A stretch of DNA of 63,615 nt, counting the filler, from an uncultured Chlamydiae bacterium (GTDB taxonomy: Bacteria; Chlamydiota; Chlamydiia; Chlamydiales; SM23-39), in the NCBI GenBank assembly GCA_937899275.1. It is 10 parts of 10 records of this genome, joined end to end, with 100 filler letters (N's around TTAATTAATTAA, not from the genome) between each part and the next. Parts side by side here need not be neighbours in the genome. Positions count along the whole stretch, not along the records: positions 26,625 to 38,678 come from CALBPE010000020.1; positions 38,779 to 40,124 come from CALBPE010000021.1; positions 40,225 to 43,001 come from CALBPE010000022.1; positions 43,102 to 51,369 come from CALBPE010000023.1; 6 more parts are not named here. One strand, 5' to 3'. Position 1 is the first letter of the stretch, and every line of letters begins with the position of its first letter. The position numbers and the translations under genes were made by a program. Of this stretch, positions 33,183 through 43,387 are shown piece after piece. Below the pieces are notes generated by a model. The model saw nothing but the letters and a program-made list of their open reading frames with translations, was not told where the DNA came from and made no database searches.

Positions 33183-33183
33183 A

Positions 33184-34267
33184 TCAGCTATACTCTTTTA
33201 AAAATGCATTGACAAACAGATCAATATCGCCGTCCATGACTTCTTGGATATTGCCCGATTCTACTTTCGTTCTAGTGTCTTTGACCATGGTGTAGGGCTG
33301 AAATACATAGTTGCGGATCTGCGATCCCCAAGCATTGTCTTTTTTTTCTCCCTGTTCTAAACGGAGTTTTTCTTCTCTTTCTAACACTTCTTTTTCATAG
33401 AGCTTAGAGCGGAGCATCCGAAAACAGGTTTCTTTATTTTGCAGCTGACTTCGCTCATTTTGACATGAGACAGTGATGCCTGTCTGCATATGGGTAATGC
33501 GTACAGCAGAATCGGTTTTGTTTACATGCTGCCCGCCTGCTCCCGATGCGCGAAACGTATCAATACGGATATCTTCAGGACGAATAGATAAGGTAATCTC
33601 CTCTTCAATCACAGGTATCACATCTACCGAAGCGAAACTTGTATGCCTTTTTCCGTTGCTATCGAAAGGAGAGATGCGCACCAAACGGTGTACTCCTTTT
33701 TCAGATTTTGCATAGCCGTAGGCAAATGCTCCGGAAAACCGGAAGGTAATGCTTTTAAATCCCGTCACATCTCCCGGCACAAAATCGACTTTTTCAACAG
33801 CCCAGTTTTTTTTCTCAGCCCACCGGACGTACATGCGAGCTAACATAGAAGCCCAGTCGCAGCTTTCTGTGCCGCCTGCACCTGAATTGATCGTTAGGTA
33901 GGCATCTTTACTATCCAACTCTTTAGAAAGCATTTTCTTTACCTCAAGATCTACTAGTTTTTTTTCTAGCTGCACGACCTCTTCAGATAAAATTTCTACC
34001 TCTTCGTCTCCTTCTGCATCAACAGCAAGAGACAAAAGGCTGCTCAACCCTTTTTCTATGTGATCGTATTGATGAACCCAAGATTTAAGGGCATTGCTTT
34101 TTTCAATAACCGACTGCGCTTTTTTGGCATCTTCCCAAAAGCTGGGCTCCGCCATTTTTTGTTCTAATTCTTGTAGCTGCGTTTTTTTTCCAGCAATGTC
34201 AAAGATACCTCCACATTTCTTTTAACCTTTGCTCTAAATTCTGAATTTTATCTACTATTTCTTGCAT
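33184..34267 (-). CDS. prfB: Peptide chain release factor 2 with programmed +1 frameshift
   Basis: ATG 34267 MQEIVDKIQNLEQRLKEMWRYL, then CTT TGA C; SPF and GGQ motifs downstream. Confidence 0.97.
34198..34213 (-). promoter_or_regulatory. prfB +1 frameshift cassette (internal SD and CTT TGA C)
   Basis: Reverse strand TGGAGGTATCTTTGAC, the canonical RF2 autoregulatory site. Confidence 0.95.
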
Positions 34268-34444
34268 GAAAAAACTCCTTATATTGCATACAATAGTATG
34301 CTCTTTGGAGCAAAAAGTCAAAAGCTGTAGGTTTTTATAAGATGAGGAAAAAACTCTTTACATTAATTTTTTCCGATCTTTAGAATACTGAGCTTAAGTA
34401 TTTTTTTAGAGACCCATCGAATCAATGTTTACCTGGAGGTTAAT

Positions 34445-34798
34445 ATGACACAACCAATAAGCAAAGCTACTGCTTCCCCAAGCCCTAGCATGTTTACACA
34501 ATTCACAAATGGCGCTAGTAAATGCGCAAAAGCAGTGCAAGAGTACGCAAAAAGGTTTTTTGATACCTGCGCACGCGGCCTACAAGCAGGTTGGAAAAAT
34601 GCAAAATTGTATACTGAAAGAGCCTGCACATGCATCAAGGTGCAAGCATCCCAGATTGCTAGATATGCTCAGCATAATCCAAAAAGCTTTTGGGGCGCTG
34701 TAGTTGGTGGCGCACTGGCTCTTATTGTCGGCGGCTCTCTTTATCTTGGCTGTTGCACAGATGACAAGGCTAAAAAACCAGAAAAAGGCAACGAGTAG
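34445..34798 (+). CDS. Small protein with a C-terminal TM helix
   Basis: GGAGG RBS; FWGAVVGGALALIVGGSLYLGCC. Confidence 0.75.
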   Translation: MTQPISKATASPSPSMFTQFTNGASKCAKAVQEYAKRFFDTCARGLQAGWKNAKLYTERACTCIKVQASQIARYAQHNPKSFWGAVVGGALALIVGGSLYLGCCTDDKAKKPEKGNE

Positions 34799-34854
34799 AC
34801 CTTTGTAAAGGCATTTTATGCTATCATACTTTTCTGGATCGATCTGCTAACGTT

Positions 34855-36993
34855 TTATGAAAGGGCGCTTATCATTTGAGAGCGTTCTTTCACCTTTTTA
34901 ATACACACTTTTTTCTTTTTTTCTTCATAGCGCCAGCTCCAAGAAGCTTTTGTTATCTCTTCGATTTTCTGTTTAATCTCTCCATTTTTTTGGTAGACGA
35001 TTAATCTGCGGTTTTCTGGTACAAAATACGATACATTGCCTTGAAATGCTACTCTTTCAGCGCAGAACTCCCCGTTTCCCTCAATCTGAACAAGCAAGCG
35101 CTCATCATAGCGCAAGTCTTTCCAGATAGTAGGCCCTTTTTTCTCTATAAGCCCTCGATTGCCTATACGCACGTGGTGGAGCTCACATTTGCCCGCTTTT
35201 TCTGTAGAAAATGTTTTTTTTGCGCATCCAGTAGGTGAAAATGCCTCTATGTGCACGCTACCATCGAGAAAGAGATTTTCGATATCTACTTCTGCGTTGT
35301 GTTAAACGCAGCTCGATCCTGGCAGAAATGAGCCTTTTCTGATTTTTTGTGCAATGACAGAGTACAAAGGACCAAGGGCTGGATGATACCGCAAGGCAAA
35401 GGGAATATTTTCTACAAGATACTTGGCAAAACTAGGCAGCTTCTCATGTTCGATTGCGCAGGCATCGAGTAGGTCTTGCATATTGCGCAGCGTATCGTAA
35501 AAACACCTTTCTGGCGTATCTAAAAAACTCGTTTTTTTCCTGCAAAGCGCTTTTTTTGTAGTAGAGATCGTTTTGTAGCGCTCGTTATATGTTAAAAAAA
35601 CGCGATCTAACCCTGTTTTTTTCTGAGGGCTATCCTCTGCAATCTCTTCAGAAATATTTTGCATCATCGTTTCTAAACGGGCAGCTTTTTGCATCTGATA
35701 GCCTCCGTTAGAAAATACCTGGTACTCTTTGAAATTCATGATGGGACCGGGAAAAGGTGTCTTTGTAGCAGCTTTTTCTACTTTGTCTAAATCGAGAAAT
35801 AAGATGTTAGTATTTGCAGGAAACTGTGAATGCGTATCTTGAGAAGAAAAGCTTTCTTCAATACCCATTTTAGCAAAATCGCAGTACTCAATTGTAGAAA
35901 GAGCGTATCTATAACCAGAAGATGTAGGTTTTTCCATCAAAACGTTCATCCCCTCTTTTGCCCCTACCTTTCGGTGAGAGCTTGCAAAACCAAAGTCTAG
36001 ATCATGAAGCATTCCATAACCAATAAACGCCATCAAGCTATAATCAAAGCGGGAAACAGGGTTATTGATCTGTCTGACCACAGCTTTTGTTCTTTCTTGA
36101 TTTTTAAGCCAAAGAAAGAGATTTTCTTGCTGCATCTGCTTCCAAATCGCTCCATGGCCAGAAGGTTTTGTTAAAAGAGTATTAGGATCTTTTAAACACC
36201 ACATCCCCTCTTTTGTTACAACAGGCGTGGAGGGCTGGCAAAAAAGACGGATGGAGTCTTTTGGACGGGAAAAATACCTTTTTTCTTCTAAAATACGCTG
36301 GATGTGTTGGGCGTTATCCTTTTCCTTTGATGTCATCAAAGCAACAGGCGTTCTCAAGGTTTTTCCATAGAGCTTGTAGTAGAGATATTCTAAAGCTTCT
36401 AAGTCTAGAAATAGCTTTTCTAATAGCGTTTCACCATTGAACTGCAAACAGGCGCAGGGAAGCTCTTGTCCCGTAGCTGGATCTTGTAGATGCAGCCTAT
36501 CCGCAGCTCCACCAATCGGATATAAAAAAGCGAGCTGAGGCAAATAGTTGATCGCAGCAAACGTCCAGTTTTGCACATCTTGCGTATAAGCAGAAATATC
36601 GATTTTAGGAGGCACATAGATACTAGAATCAAAAGAAGGGGTTTCTTGCAAAGTAGAAAGAGCCTCTTTTTGGTATCCTACAACCCCTCCTAAAGACGCG
36701 TAAAAGCCCTCCACAGCATCTAGGACCTCTAAGACAGATGCCCAAGCATCTTGACCATAAAACCTCTCTATAATCCATCCCTGGTCTATAGCGATTAAAC
36801 AGTAGGCAAGGTACCGTTCGTATGTGGGAGCTTTTAGTAGAAAGGAGGCAAAAAAATGGCGTTCTTGCAGCCAGGTTTTTACAAAAAAGTGCTCTTCTAA
36901 AACGCGCAGCTTATCATCTACACCGGGTAGACCTAGCAGTTTGTTTTGTAAATGCGTTAAATCTAGCTGCATTGCATTATTCATCACATGCAA
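34855..36993 (-). CDS. UTP-glucose-1-phosphate uridylyltransferase (UGP3-like); in-frame TAA at 35302-35304
   Basis: GGVVGYQ, YPIGGAADRL, TPVALMTS.EK.N, KPSGHGAIWK, RQINN, FPANTNILF, RLETMMQNI, HPALGPLYSVIAQKI, then GSSCV*HNAEVDIENLFLDGS in frame. Confidence 0.85.
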
Positions 36994-37086
36994 GCATAAA
37001 ACTTACGATTTTTTTTGACTATAAAACCCTTTAGGAGATAAAAATTGTAAAAAATACTCTCAATATGTTGAGAAAAGGAGACTAAC

Positions 37087-37347
37087 ATGACAGAAAAAAA
37101 ATCCCCCTCAAAATTTATGGCTCCCTTACAGATCAGTGAAACTCTTGCTGCCGTCATCGGTAAAGGCCCCATGCCTAGAACGCAAGTAATGAAAGAGATC
37201 TGGGGATATATTAAAAGCCATAACCTGCAAGATCCAAACAACAAAAGAGATATCTTACCCGACGCTCCACTAGCTGCAGTTTTCGGAAGAAAAACTCCTG
37301 TAAACATGTTTGAAATGACAAAACTGGTCAACCAACATTTATCCTAA
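37087..37347 (+). CDS. SWIB/MDM2 domain protein
   Basis: LAAVIGKGPMPRTQVMKEIWGYIKSHNLQDP.NKR; MFEMTKLV. Confidence 0.95.
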   Translation: MTEKKSPSKFMAPLQISETLAAVIGKGPMPRTQVMKEIWGYIKSHNLQDPNNKRDILPDAPLAAVFGRKTPVNMFEMTKLVNQHLS

Positions 37348-37365
37348 ATCACCCCTAAAACTTCG

Positions 37366-37413
37366 AGACGCTTACGCGGCATAAAGCCCGCAGGCGTCTA
37401 GATTTTTCTTTTT
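37366..37413 (+). terminator. Putative Rho-independent terminator
   Basis: GC-rich hairpin agacgctt..gcggc ataaa gcccgc aggcgtct followed by a T-tract. Confidence 0.55.
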
Positions 37414-37543
37414 AGAGTTGTTTTTTGTTCTTAGGAATTTTAAGATACAGTATGAAGATTAATAATACCGAGTCCATGCGCCCCTTTGTTTAGCAACTTA
37501 GCGGCCTTTATTCTCGTACAATCCCGCAATTTATCTATAGGAG

Positions 37544-37813
37544 ATGTCACTCATGGCAAAAGCAAAAACCCCTTCAAAATTTATGGCCCCACTAAAGCTA
37601 TCAAAAGAACTAGAAGAAGTGGTGGGTAAAGGGCCCATGCCACGAACAGAGGTCACGAAAAAAATATGGGCTTACATCAAGAAAAAAGACCTACAAGATC
37701 CCGCAAATAAGCGAAATATCGTACTTGATGAGAACTTACAAAAGCTTTTTGGCAAAAAAGGCACCATCAATATGTTTGAAATGACAAAACTTGTTAGCAA
37801 ACACCTTGGTTAA
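37544..37813 (+). CDS. SWIB/MDM2 domain protein, second copy
   Basis: GKGPMPRTEVTKKIWAYIKKKDLQDPANKR; start may be ATG 37553. Confidence 0.95.
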   Translation: MSLMAKAKTPSKFMAPLKLSKELEEVVGKGPMPRTEVTKKIWAYIKKKDLQDPANKRNIVLDENLQKLFGKKGTINMFEMTKLVSKHLG

Positions 37814-37827
37814 TCATTTGTTTATAG

Positions 37828-37870
37828 ATAGCTCGCTTTAGTTAAAGGGGGCTATTGTATTTTTATTTCT
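37828..37870 (+). terminator. Putative Rho-independent terminator
   Basis: atagctcgcttta gt taaagggggctat hairpin followed by a T-rich run. Confidence 0.5.
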
Positions 37871-38524
37871 CTTATTTTTTTGTCTGGTGGTAGAAGCTCT
37901 CGGATGAAGTCTTCTACACCAAAACAGTACCTGCCCCTTGGCGATAAACCTCTTTTTTTGCATAGCTTCTCTTTGTTTTTACAGATGCCAGAAATTTCTG
38001 AGTACATCATTGTGGCAGAACAAGAGTATGAAGAACTATTTCCTCGAAAAGGCTCTATCGCATTTGCATCTCCTGGGTTAAGAAGACAAGACTCGGTCTA
38101 TAACGGCCTACAAAAAACCGCATCTGCAAGTGAACTGATCCTTGTGCACGATAGCGCAAGGCCTTTTATCGAAAAAAGCGCGGTATATTCCCTATTAGAG
38201 GTGGCAAAAAAATCACCTGCAGCTTGCCTTGCCAACCCTGTAAAAAGTACGATCCGTAAAGCTAAAGCCAATTTATCTGCAGGTAAAGCGCTTCCACGAG
38301 AAGAGCTTTGGGAGATGCAAACGCCCCAAGCAGTAGAAAAAAGCCTTTTAATAAAAGGGTTTCAAGAGGCAAGAAAACAACACTGCACGGTGACAGATGA
38401 CGTCGCTTTGGCAGAGCTTGTGGGAGGCAAACCAAAACTTGTCCCCTCTTCCGATGTCAATATGAAGATCACCACCCCTTTTGACTACTTGATCGCAAAA
38501 AAAATCTATGAAAAGGCGCTATAA
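37859..38524 (+). CDS. ispD: 2-C-methyl-D-erythritol 4-phosphate cytidylyltransferase
   Basis: SGGRSSRM..PKQY, RRQDSV.NGL, HDSARP, QTPQ, TDD, NMKITTP; the frame extends upstream (FISLIFL) to an ATT at 37859. Confidence 0.95.
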   Translation: MFISLIFLSGGRSSRMKSSTPKQYLPLGDKPLFLHSFSLFLQMPEISEYIIVAEQEYEELFPRKGSIAFASPGLRRQDSVYNGLQKTASASELILVHDSARPFIEKSAVYSLLEVAKKSPAACLANPVKSTIRKAKANLSAGKALPREELWEMQTPQAVEKSLLIKGFQEARKQHCTVTDDVALAELVGGKPKLVPSSDVNMKITTPFDYLIAKKIYEKAL

Positions 38525-38678
38525 ACTACAGATTGCGTACGACGGCGCTAGGTATTTTGGATGGCAAAGACAAAAAAATGCGCCTTCAGTACAAGGAGAA
38601 ATTGAGCGCGCACTGCACAACATCACCGGCAGTTACTTGCATATTAACGGCTCTGGAAGAACGGCTGCAGGGGTGCAT
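38508..38678 (+). CDS. truA: tRNA pseudouridine(38-40) synthase; 3' truncated
   Basis: AYDGARYFGWQRQ, SVQG.IE.AL, SGRTxAGVH. Confidence 0.93.
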
Positions 38679-38778
38679 NNNNNNNNNNNNNNNNNNNNNN
38701 NNNNNNNNNNNNNNNNNNNNNNTTAATTAATTAANNNNNNNNNNNNNNNNNNNNNNNNNNNNNNNNNNNNNNNNNNNN
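38679..38778. other. Artificial contig linker
   Basis: N-run, TTAATTAATTAA, N-run. Confidence 0.99.
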
Positions 38779-40124
38779 TTAGAAAAACCGATATCTTCAA
38801 CGCGGACAAAAGCGCCGTACGTATCACCAAAAAATTGGAGTATACTAGGATCGCGCGCAGCTTCTTGTTGGGGGATCTCATACGTATGGATAGGAAGGTT
38901 TTCTTGGATTTTCTCATTGATGAGAAGCTCTACTTGCGTAAGATCTTCTTTGGTGGGAGCTTTTGCTAAAGAAAAGTCAAAACGAAGTTTTTCTGCGTCT
39001 ACTAAAGAGCCTTGCTGTTCTACAGATTCTCCAAAATGCTGCCTTAGCGCCCACTGCAAAAGATGTACGGCGGTATGGTGTTTTTCTATAGACGCCCGCA
39101 GCTTTTGATTTAAGGTAGCGTGGACTTGATCTTCGGCGTGTAATGATCCTTTTTCCACCACACCTTGATGGATGATGATCCCCTCTTGCGGAGAAAGGGT
39201 ATCCGATACGATAAAGCGGGCTTTATTTGTTCCAATCATCCCTCTATCTCCTACTTGCCCTCCCATTTCTGCGTAAAAAGGCGTTGTTTTTAGGACAAGG
39301 TAGCCAAAGGAGCCTTCTTGTATTTTGTCTACTCTCTCACCATCTTGGATGATGGCAAGGAGCGTTGTGTCTAAAGAACACTCTTCATAGGCAAACTGGC
39401 TAGGGGATAAATCGGCAAAAAGAGAGGGAGAAAGGGTATCTTCTGCTTTTTTTCTAGCTCCTTTTGAGCGCTCTTTTGCCTGTTTTTCTAACGCGTGAAA
39501 GGTCTTAAGATCTACGTGCAATCCAAGGTCTTTCGATAGAAGAAGAATTTCATCTAAAGGAAGGCCGTAGGTATCTTTTAAGGTAAAAGCATCTTCACCA
39601 GAAAGGTTTTTTTTATGCGTATTTTGCACAATATCAAAAAGAAGGGCGCCTCCTTTTTCTATTGTTCTTAAGTAGCTAACCTCTTCTTCTTCTAATACAG
39701 AAAGAAGGTGGTCAGAAGAGGCGTGTAATTCAGGGTAAAATGCTCCCATGCAGTGGAGTAATGGGGAGGTGAGTTTTCCTAAAAATGGACCTTGGATGCC
39801 AAGCGCTTTTCCCGAGCGGCAAGCGCGCCTGAGAATTTTACGAAGGACGTAGCCTTCTTTGATGTTGCTGGGAAAACTATGGTCTGCAGCGGCAAAGCTA
39901 AGCGCTCTTATATGATCTGCTATGATCTGAAAATGCGCTTTTAACGGCCCTTTTGCATCGATTTTTGTAAGCGCTTCTAACTCTTGGATTATGGGGACAA
40001 ATACATCGGTTTCAAATACACTTTGTTTGCCCTCGATAATCGAAAGAACTCTTTCTAAGCCTGCGCCTGTATCGATGTTTTTTTTAGGGAGGGGGGTGAG
40101 GCCATCTGGGGTTTTTTCCTGCTC
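38779..40124 (-). CDS. alaS: Alanine-tRNA ligase, internal fragment spanning the whole contig
   Basis: NIDTGAGLER, IADHIRA, GYVLRKILRRA, DTYGLP, TPFYAEMGGQVGD, HTAVHLL, QQGSLV...LRFDF in one open frame. Confidence 0.96.
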
Positions 40125-40224
40125 NNNNNNNNNNNNNNNNNNNNNNNNNNNNNNNNNNNNNNNNNNNNTTAATTAATTAANNNNNNNNNNNNNNNNNNNN
40201 NNNNNNNNNNNNNNNNNNNNNNNN
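40125..40224. other. Artificial contig linker
   Basis: N-run, TTAATTAATTAA, N-run. Confidence 0.99.
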
Positions 40225-40594
40225 CTAAGCGAAGATGTTCATCTGCTTTATCTACGATTGCTTCCATAGTATCTAAAGAAAACGGTTTGATCAGGTAGTG
40301 AAAAGCGCCTAGTTGCATTGCTTCTACAGCGTTTTCAATACTTGCAAAAGCGCTCATGGCAATCACTAAGCTCTCAGGATAGTGATCTTTCACAAAGCAA
40401 AGGATATCTTTGCCCGAGCCTCTAGGCGTTTTCATATCGGTGATGATGAGGTCGTATTCTTTTTGTTTTAGAGAAGAAATGGCCTCTTGTCCATTGCGGC
40501 AAACAGCTACTTGCCGCTTTTTATAGCGAAAAAAATCCGCTAAAAATTCTCTTGCTCTCGCATCGTTATCTACAATAAGCACGCTTTCCATCAA
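40225..40594 (-). CDS. ctcC: NtrC/AtoC-type response regulator (chlamydial CtcC-like), receiver domain; 3' truncated
   Basis: VLIVDND, DLIITDMK.P, AFASIENAVEAMQLGAFHYLIKPF; overlaps the kinase stop codon. Confidence 0.8.
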
Positions 40595-41577
40595 AGCCGC
40601 CTTGCGCTAGGAATTTTCAATGTGAAACAAGAGCCTTTGCCTAGATGAGACTGGCAGGAAATGCTCCCTTGATGCGCATCTATAATTTTTTTTGTTTCAT
40701 ATAAACCAGAGCCGTAACCGGCATCTTTTGCGCTGAAAAAAGGGGAAAAGATGTTTTTTTGGATCGATGGATCGATGCCGATGCCTGTATCTGAGATAGT
40801 AACGGTTGTATAGCGCTCTTGTGTAAATACAGTTACAGTCAAAACCCCTTTGCCCGAAAAAGATTCCATAGCGTTTACAAGAAGGTTGTGAAACGCTCTT
40901 TGCATCCAACAAGGATCAATCCAGGTATAGATTTTTTCCTCGGGTATGCGTAGATCCAATCGGATCTTTTTTTCTGGAAAAGCATCTTTTTTCAAAAGCC
41001 GTAAAGCCTTTTGTAGCGGCGCCTGAATAGGAGAAAAGACGATTCTAGGCTCTGCAGGCTTAAGGCAGCCTACTGCTTTTTCCACTGCCGATACAAGGCT
41101 ACACATCCCTTTTTTTAAACGGCTAATGCTCTTTGCAAAAAGCCTGGTTTTTTCCTTTTTTTTCAAAACACTTGCGCGCTCTAAAATAGCGTCAATCGGT
41201 TTTTCTTCACCGGTTTTTTCCAGGTGCTTTCTATCATACTCTAGTAGTATGAGCGCTCCTTTGACAGGAATTTGCACCCGTTTTGCTGTCACAAAAAAGG
41301 GCGCTTTATGAATATATACCTGTTCTTTTATCTCCTTTGATATAGAAGAAAAAAGCCAGCGCTTCATCGAAAACCCCAATACATCATCCGCCATATGTGT
41401 AAAAAAACTAGAGGGGAGATGGAGCTTTTTTACCTGTAAGTATTCTTGTGCGGTTTGATTCATCACAAGAATATCGCCTTGCATATTGATAAATAAGACG
41501 CCTTGGGACATATTTTCTAGTAGTACGTGTAAAAATCCAGCAACAGACTGCGCGCAGCTTGCGTGTAGATGCGACAT
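40591..41577 (-). CDS. ctcB: PAS-domain sensor histidine kinase (CtcB/AtoS-like) with a degenerate H-box
   Basis: PAS-like N-terminus (LENMSQGVLFIN.QG.I...N..A); NLLVNAME, ISDTGIGI, IFSPFFS, G.G.GL, GKGSCF. Confidence 0.75.
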   Translation of the reverse strand: MSHLHASCAQSVAGFLHVLLENMSQGVLFINMQGDILVMNQTAQEYLQVKKLHLPSSFFTHMADDVLGFSMKRWLFSSISKEIKEQVYIHKAPFFVTAKRVQIPVKGALILLEYDRKHLEKTGEEKPIDAILERASVLKKKEKTRLFAKSISRLKKGMCSLVSAVEKAVGCLKPAEPRIVFSPIQAPLQKALRLLKKDAFPEKKIRLDLRIPEEKIYTWIDPCWMQRAFHNLLVNAMESFSGKGVLTVTVFTQERYTTVTISDTGIGIDPSIQKNIFSPFFSAKDAGYGSGLYETKKIIDAHQGSISCQSHLGKGSCFTLKIPSARRL

Positions 41578-41647
41578 AGGCCCCCCTTTGTTTTACTACA
41601 TGCAATAAAACCGAATTTTTGTCATTTTTTTGTGGAGATACAAATCT

Positions 41648-42487
41648 ATGCGTCCCTGGCGATATGTAAAAAAAGCGCTTTTTTCTCTTTTCATCATCTC
41701 TCAGATCGCATGTTCAGGCTTAGAGAGATCAGAGTACAAAAAAATCCGAAAACAGCACGCTGTTACAGCAAAGGTAACAAGAAAAAAAGCAGACCAGACC
41801 TTTTCTTTGTACACTTCTACGCATGCGCCTGGCAAGGTTATGATTTCTCCTTATTCCTGGCAGGATCAGCATGTAAGGCCTCCGCGGATTACCAAAGAGT
41901 GGTTTCAGTGTAAAGGTAGCTGCAAAAACCCATCTTACGTACTAGAAGGCGCCACTTATGAAGACTGCGGAGGCTCCCACGAGCATAGCCTTCCAAAACA
42001 AGAGGGAAAAGAGCATATTTACCCCATTTTGCTCGATCTTCTCAACCATATCCAGTATAAGACAGGGAAAAAAATCATCATCACATCGGGCCATCGATGC
42101 CCTAGGCATAATGCTTATGTAGATCCTTCATTGAAGAACCGGTCCGCAAAGCATCAGATTGGAGCGCAAGTAGATTTTTACGTAGAGGGCTTAGAAAACC
42201 GTCCTATGAAAATTGTAAGGGTAATACAAGATTACTATAAGAAACATCACCAGACAAAAAATCAAAAAAAATACACAAACTTCCGGCGTAGTTCAGGTGG
42301 AACAGGTGTATCTATTTGGTCTAATCAAGAAGTATCGATTGCAATCTATCCAGAAAAAAAGGGAAGAAATAAAGACAATACCCACCCCTATCCTTATCTT
42401 AGCTGTGAAGTGCTTTTCGATAAGAAACGGGATGCGCCCGTTTCTTATACCTGGGAAAAGGCGCATAAAAACATCACCTTTCGTTAA
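41648..42487 (+). CDS. Putative lipoprotein with a peptidase M15-like domain (conserved chlamydial protein)
   Basis: QIAC lipobox-like motif; ITSGHRCPRHN...SAKHQIGAQVDF. Confidence 0.7.
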   Translation: MRPWRYVKKALFSLFIISQIACSGLERSEYKKIRKQHAVTAKVTRKKADQTFSLYTSTHAPGKVMISPYSWQDQHVRPPRITKEWFQCKGSCKNPSYVLEGATYEDCGGSHEHSLPKQEGKEHIYPILLDLLNHIQYKTGKKIIITSGHRCPRHNAYVDPSLKNRSAKHQIGAQVDFYVEGLENRPMKIVRVIQDYYKKHHQTKNQKKYTNFRRSSGGTGVSIWSNQEVSIAIYPEKKGRNKDNTHPYPYLSCEVLFDKKRDAPVSYTWEKAHKNITFR

Positions 42488-42677
42488 GCTGCGCAATTTT
42501 TGTAGTAGAAAATTTTCAGTTGCATATAAGTTTTGTGCGTTAGCTGCTTTTTCTTTCCTTAGGATCTTAAAGATTCCTGGGAAAAACACATCTGGCTTCT
42601 GAGCGCGCCGTGTTTTAGAGTGCATGAACCTTTTCACCTGGACATCTAAGATCTTTGTGAATAGACTATTTGTCTAT

Positions 42678-42760
42678 GCCGATGTGGCGGAATGGTAGAC
42701 GCGGCAGATTCAAAATCTGCTCTTCTCACGAGGGTGCTGGTTCGAGTCCGGTCATCGGTA
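42678..42760 (+). tRNA. tRNA-Leu (CAA)
   Basis: GCCGATG/CATCGGT acceptor stem, D-loop GGAATGGTAGAC, anticodon arm GCAGA-TTCAAAA-TCTGC, long variable arm, GTTCGAGTC; no encoded CCA. Confidence 0.97.
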
Positions 42761-42946
42761 CATTTATAATTAATACCTAAGGCTTTTTTCTGTCTTAGTT
42801 ACATAAAAATTATTTAAATCCCATTATATTTGTTCTTGAGGTATAATATTTCCGAAAGTACACATTTTGCATGCCGTAGTACTATCTTATTCTACCTTGC
42901 TGGATTTACAGTAGACTGGGCATGGATTTAATAAATAGGAGGATAT

Positions 42947-43001
42947 ATGTCTTGCTTTTCTTGTTGTATGCGGTCAGCTTCTGCCGATACCGTACTTTCT
43001 G
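42947..43001 (+). CDS. Start of a hypothetical protein (MSCFSCCMRSASADTVLS...), truncated by the contig end
   Basis: AGGAGG RBS just upstream of the ATG; open to the contig end. Confidence 0.5.
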
Positions 43002-43101
43002 NNNNNNNNNNNNNNNNNNNNNNNNNNNNNNNNNNNNNNNNNNNNTTAATTAATTAANNNNNNNNNNNNNNNNNNNNNNNNNNNNNNNNNNNNNNNNNNN
43101 N
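43002..43101. other. Artificial contig linker
   Basis: N-run, TTAATTAATTAA, N-run. Confidence 0.99.
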
Positions 43102-43387
43102 TGTCTTCGTAGTAATAAGATTTAAAAAAATTTAGAAAAGTCAATTTATTACCCTAATTAATTAAATTATAAAAGATAATATTTTTAATATCAATTAAAT
43201 CCGACGTAAAATATAAATAACTATTTAAATTTCAGCTGCTTACGATAATTCTCTAAAAATAGAAGAGAAAAACCTACACAACTCAGGACTAGTTATGATG
43301 AAAAAAGGAAGAATTGTAGGCTCATGTGTTAGAGCTTTGGAAGACTGCCCGGTTTTGGAAAAAACGTGTCACGCTATGTTTTTTCCT

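Noticed and set aside
34198..34204. TGA interrupting prfB as another premature stop
   Set aside because: It is the well-known programmed +1 frameshift.
43102..43290. Very AT-rich stretch (also 3250-3380) as a replication origin
   Set aside because: No DnaA-box cluster or supporting gene context seen; consistent with ordinary promoter regions.
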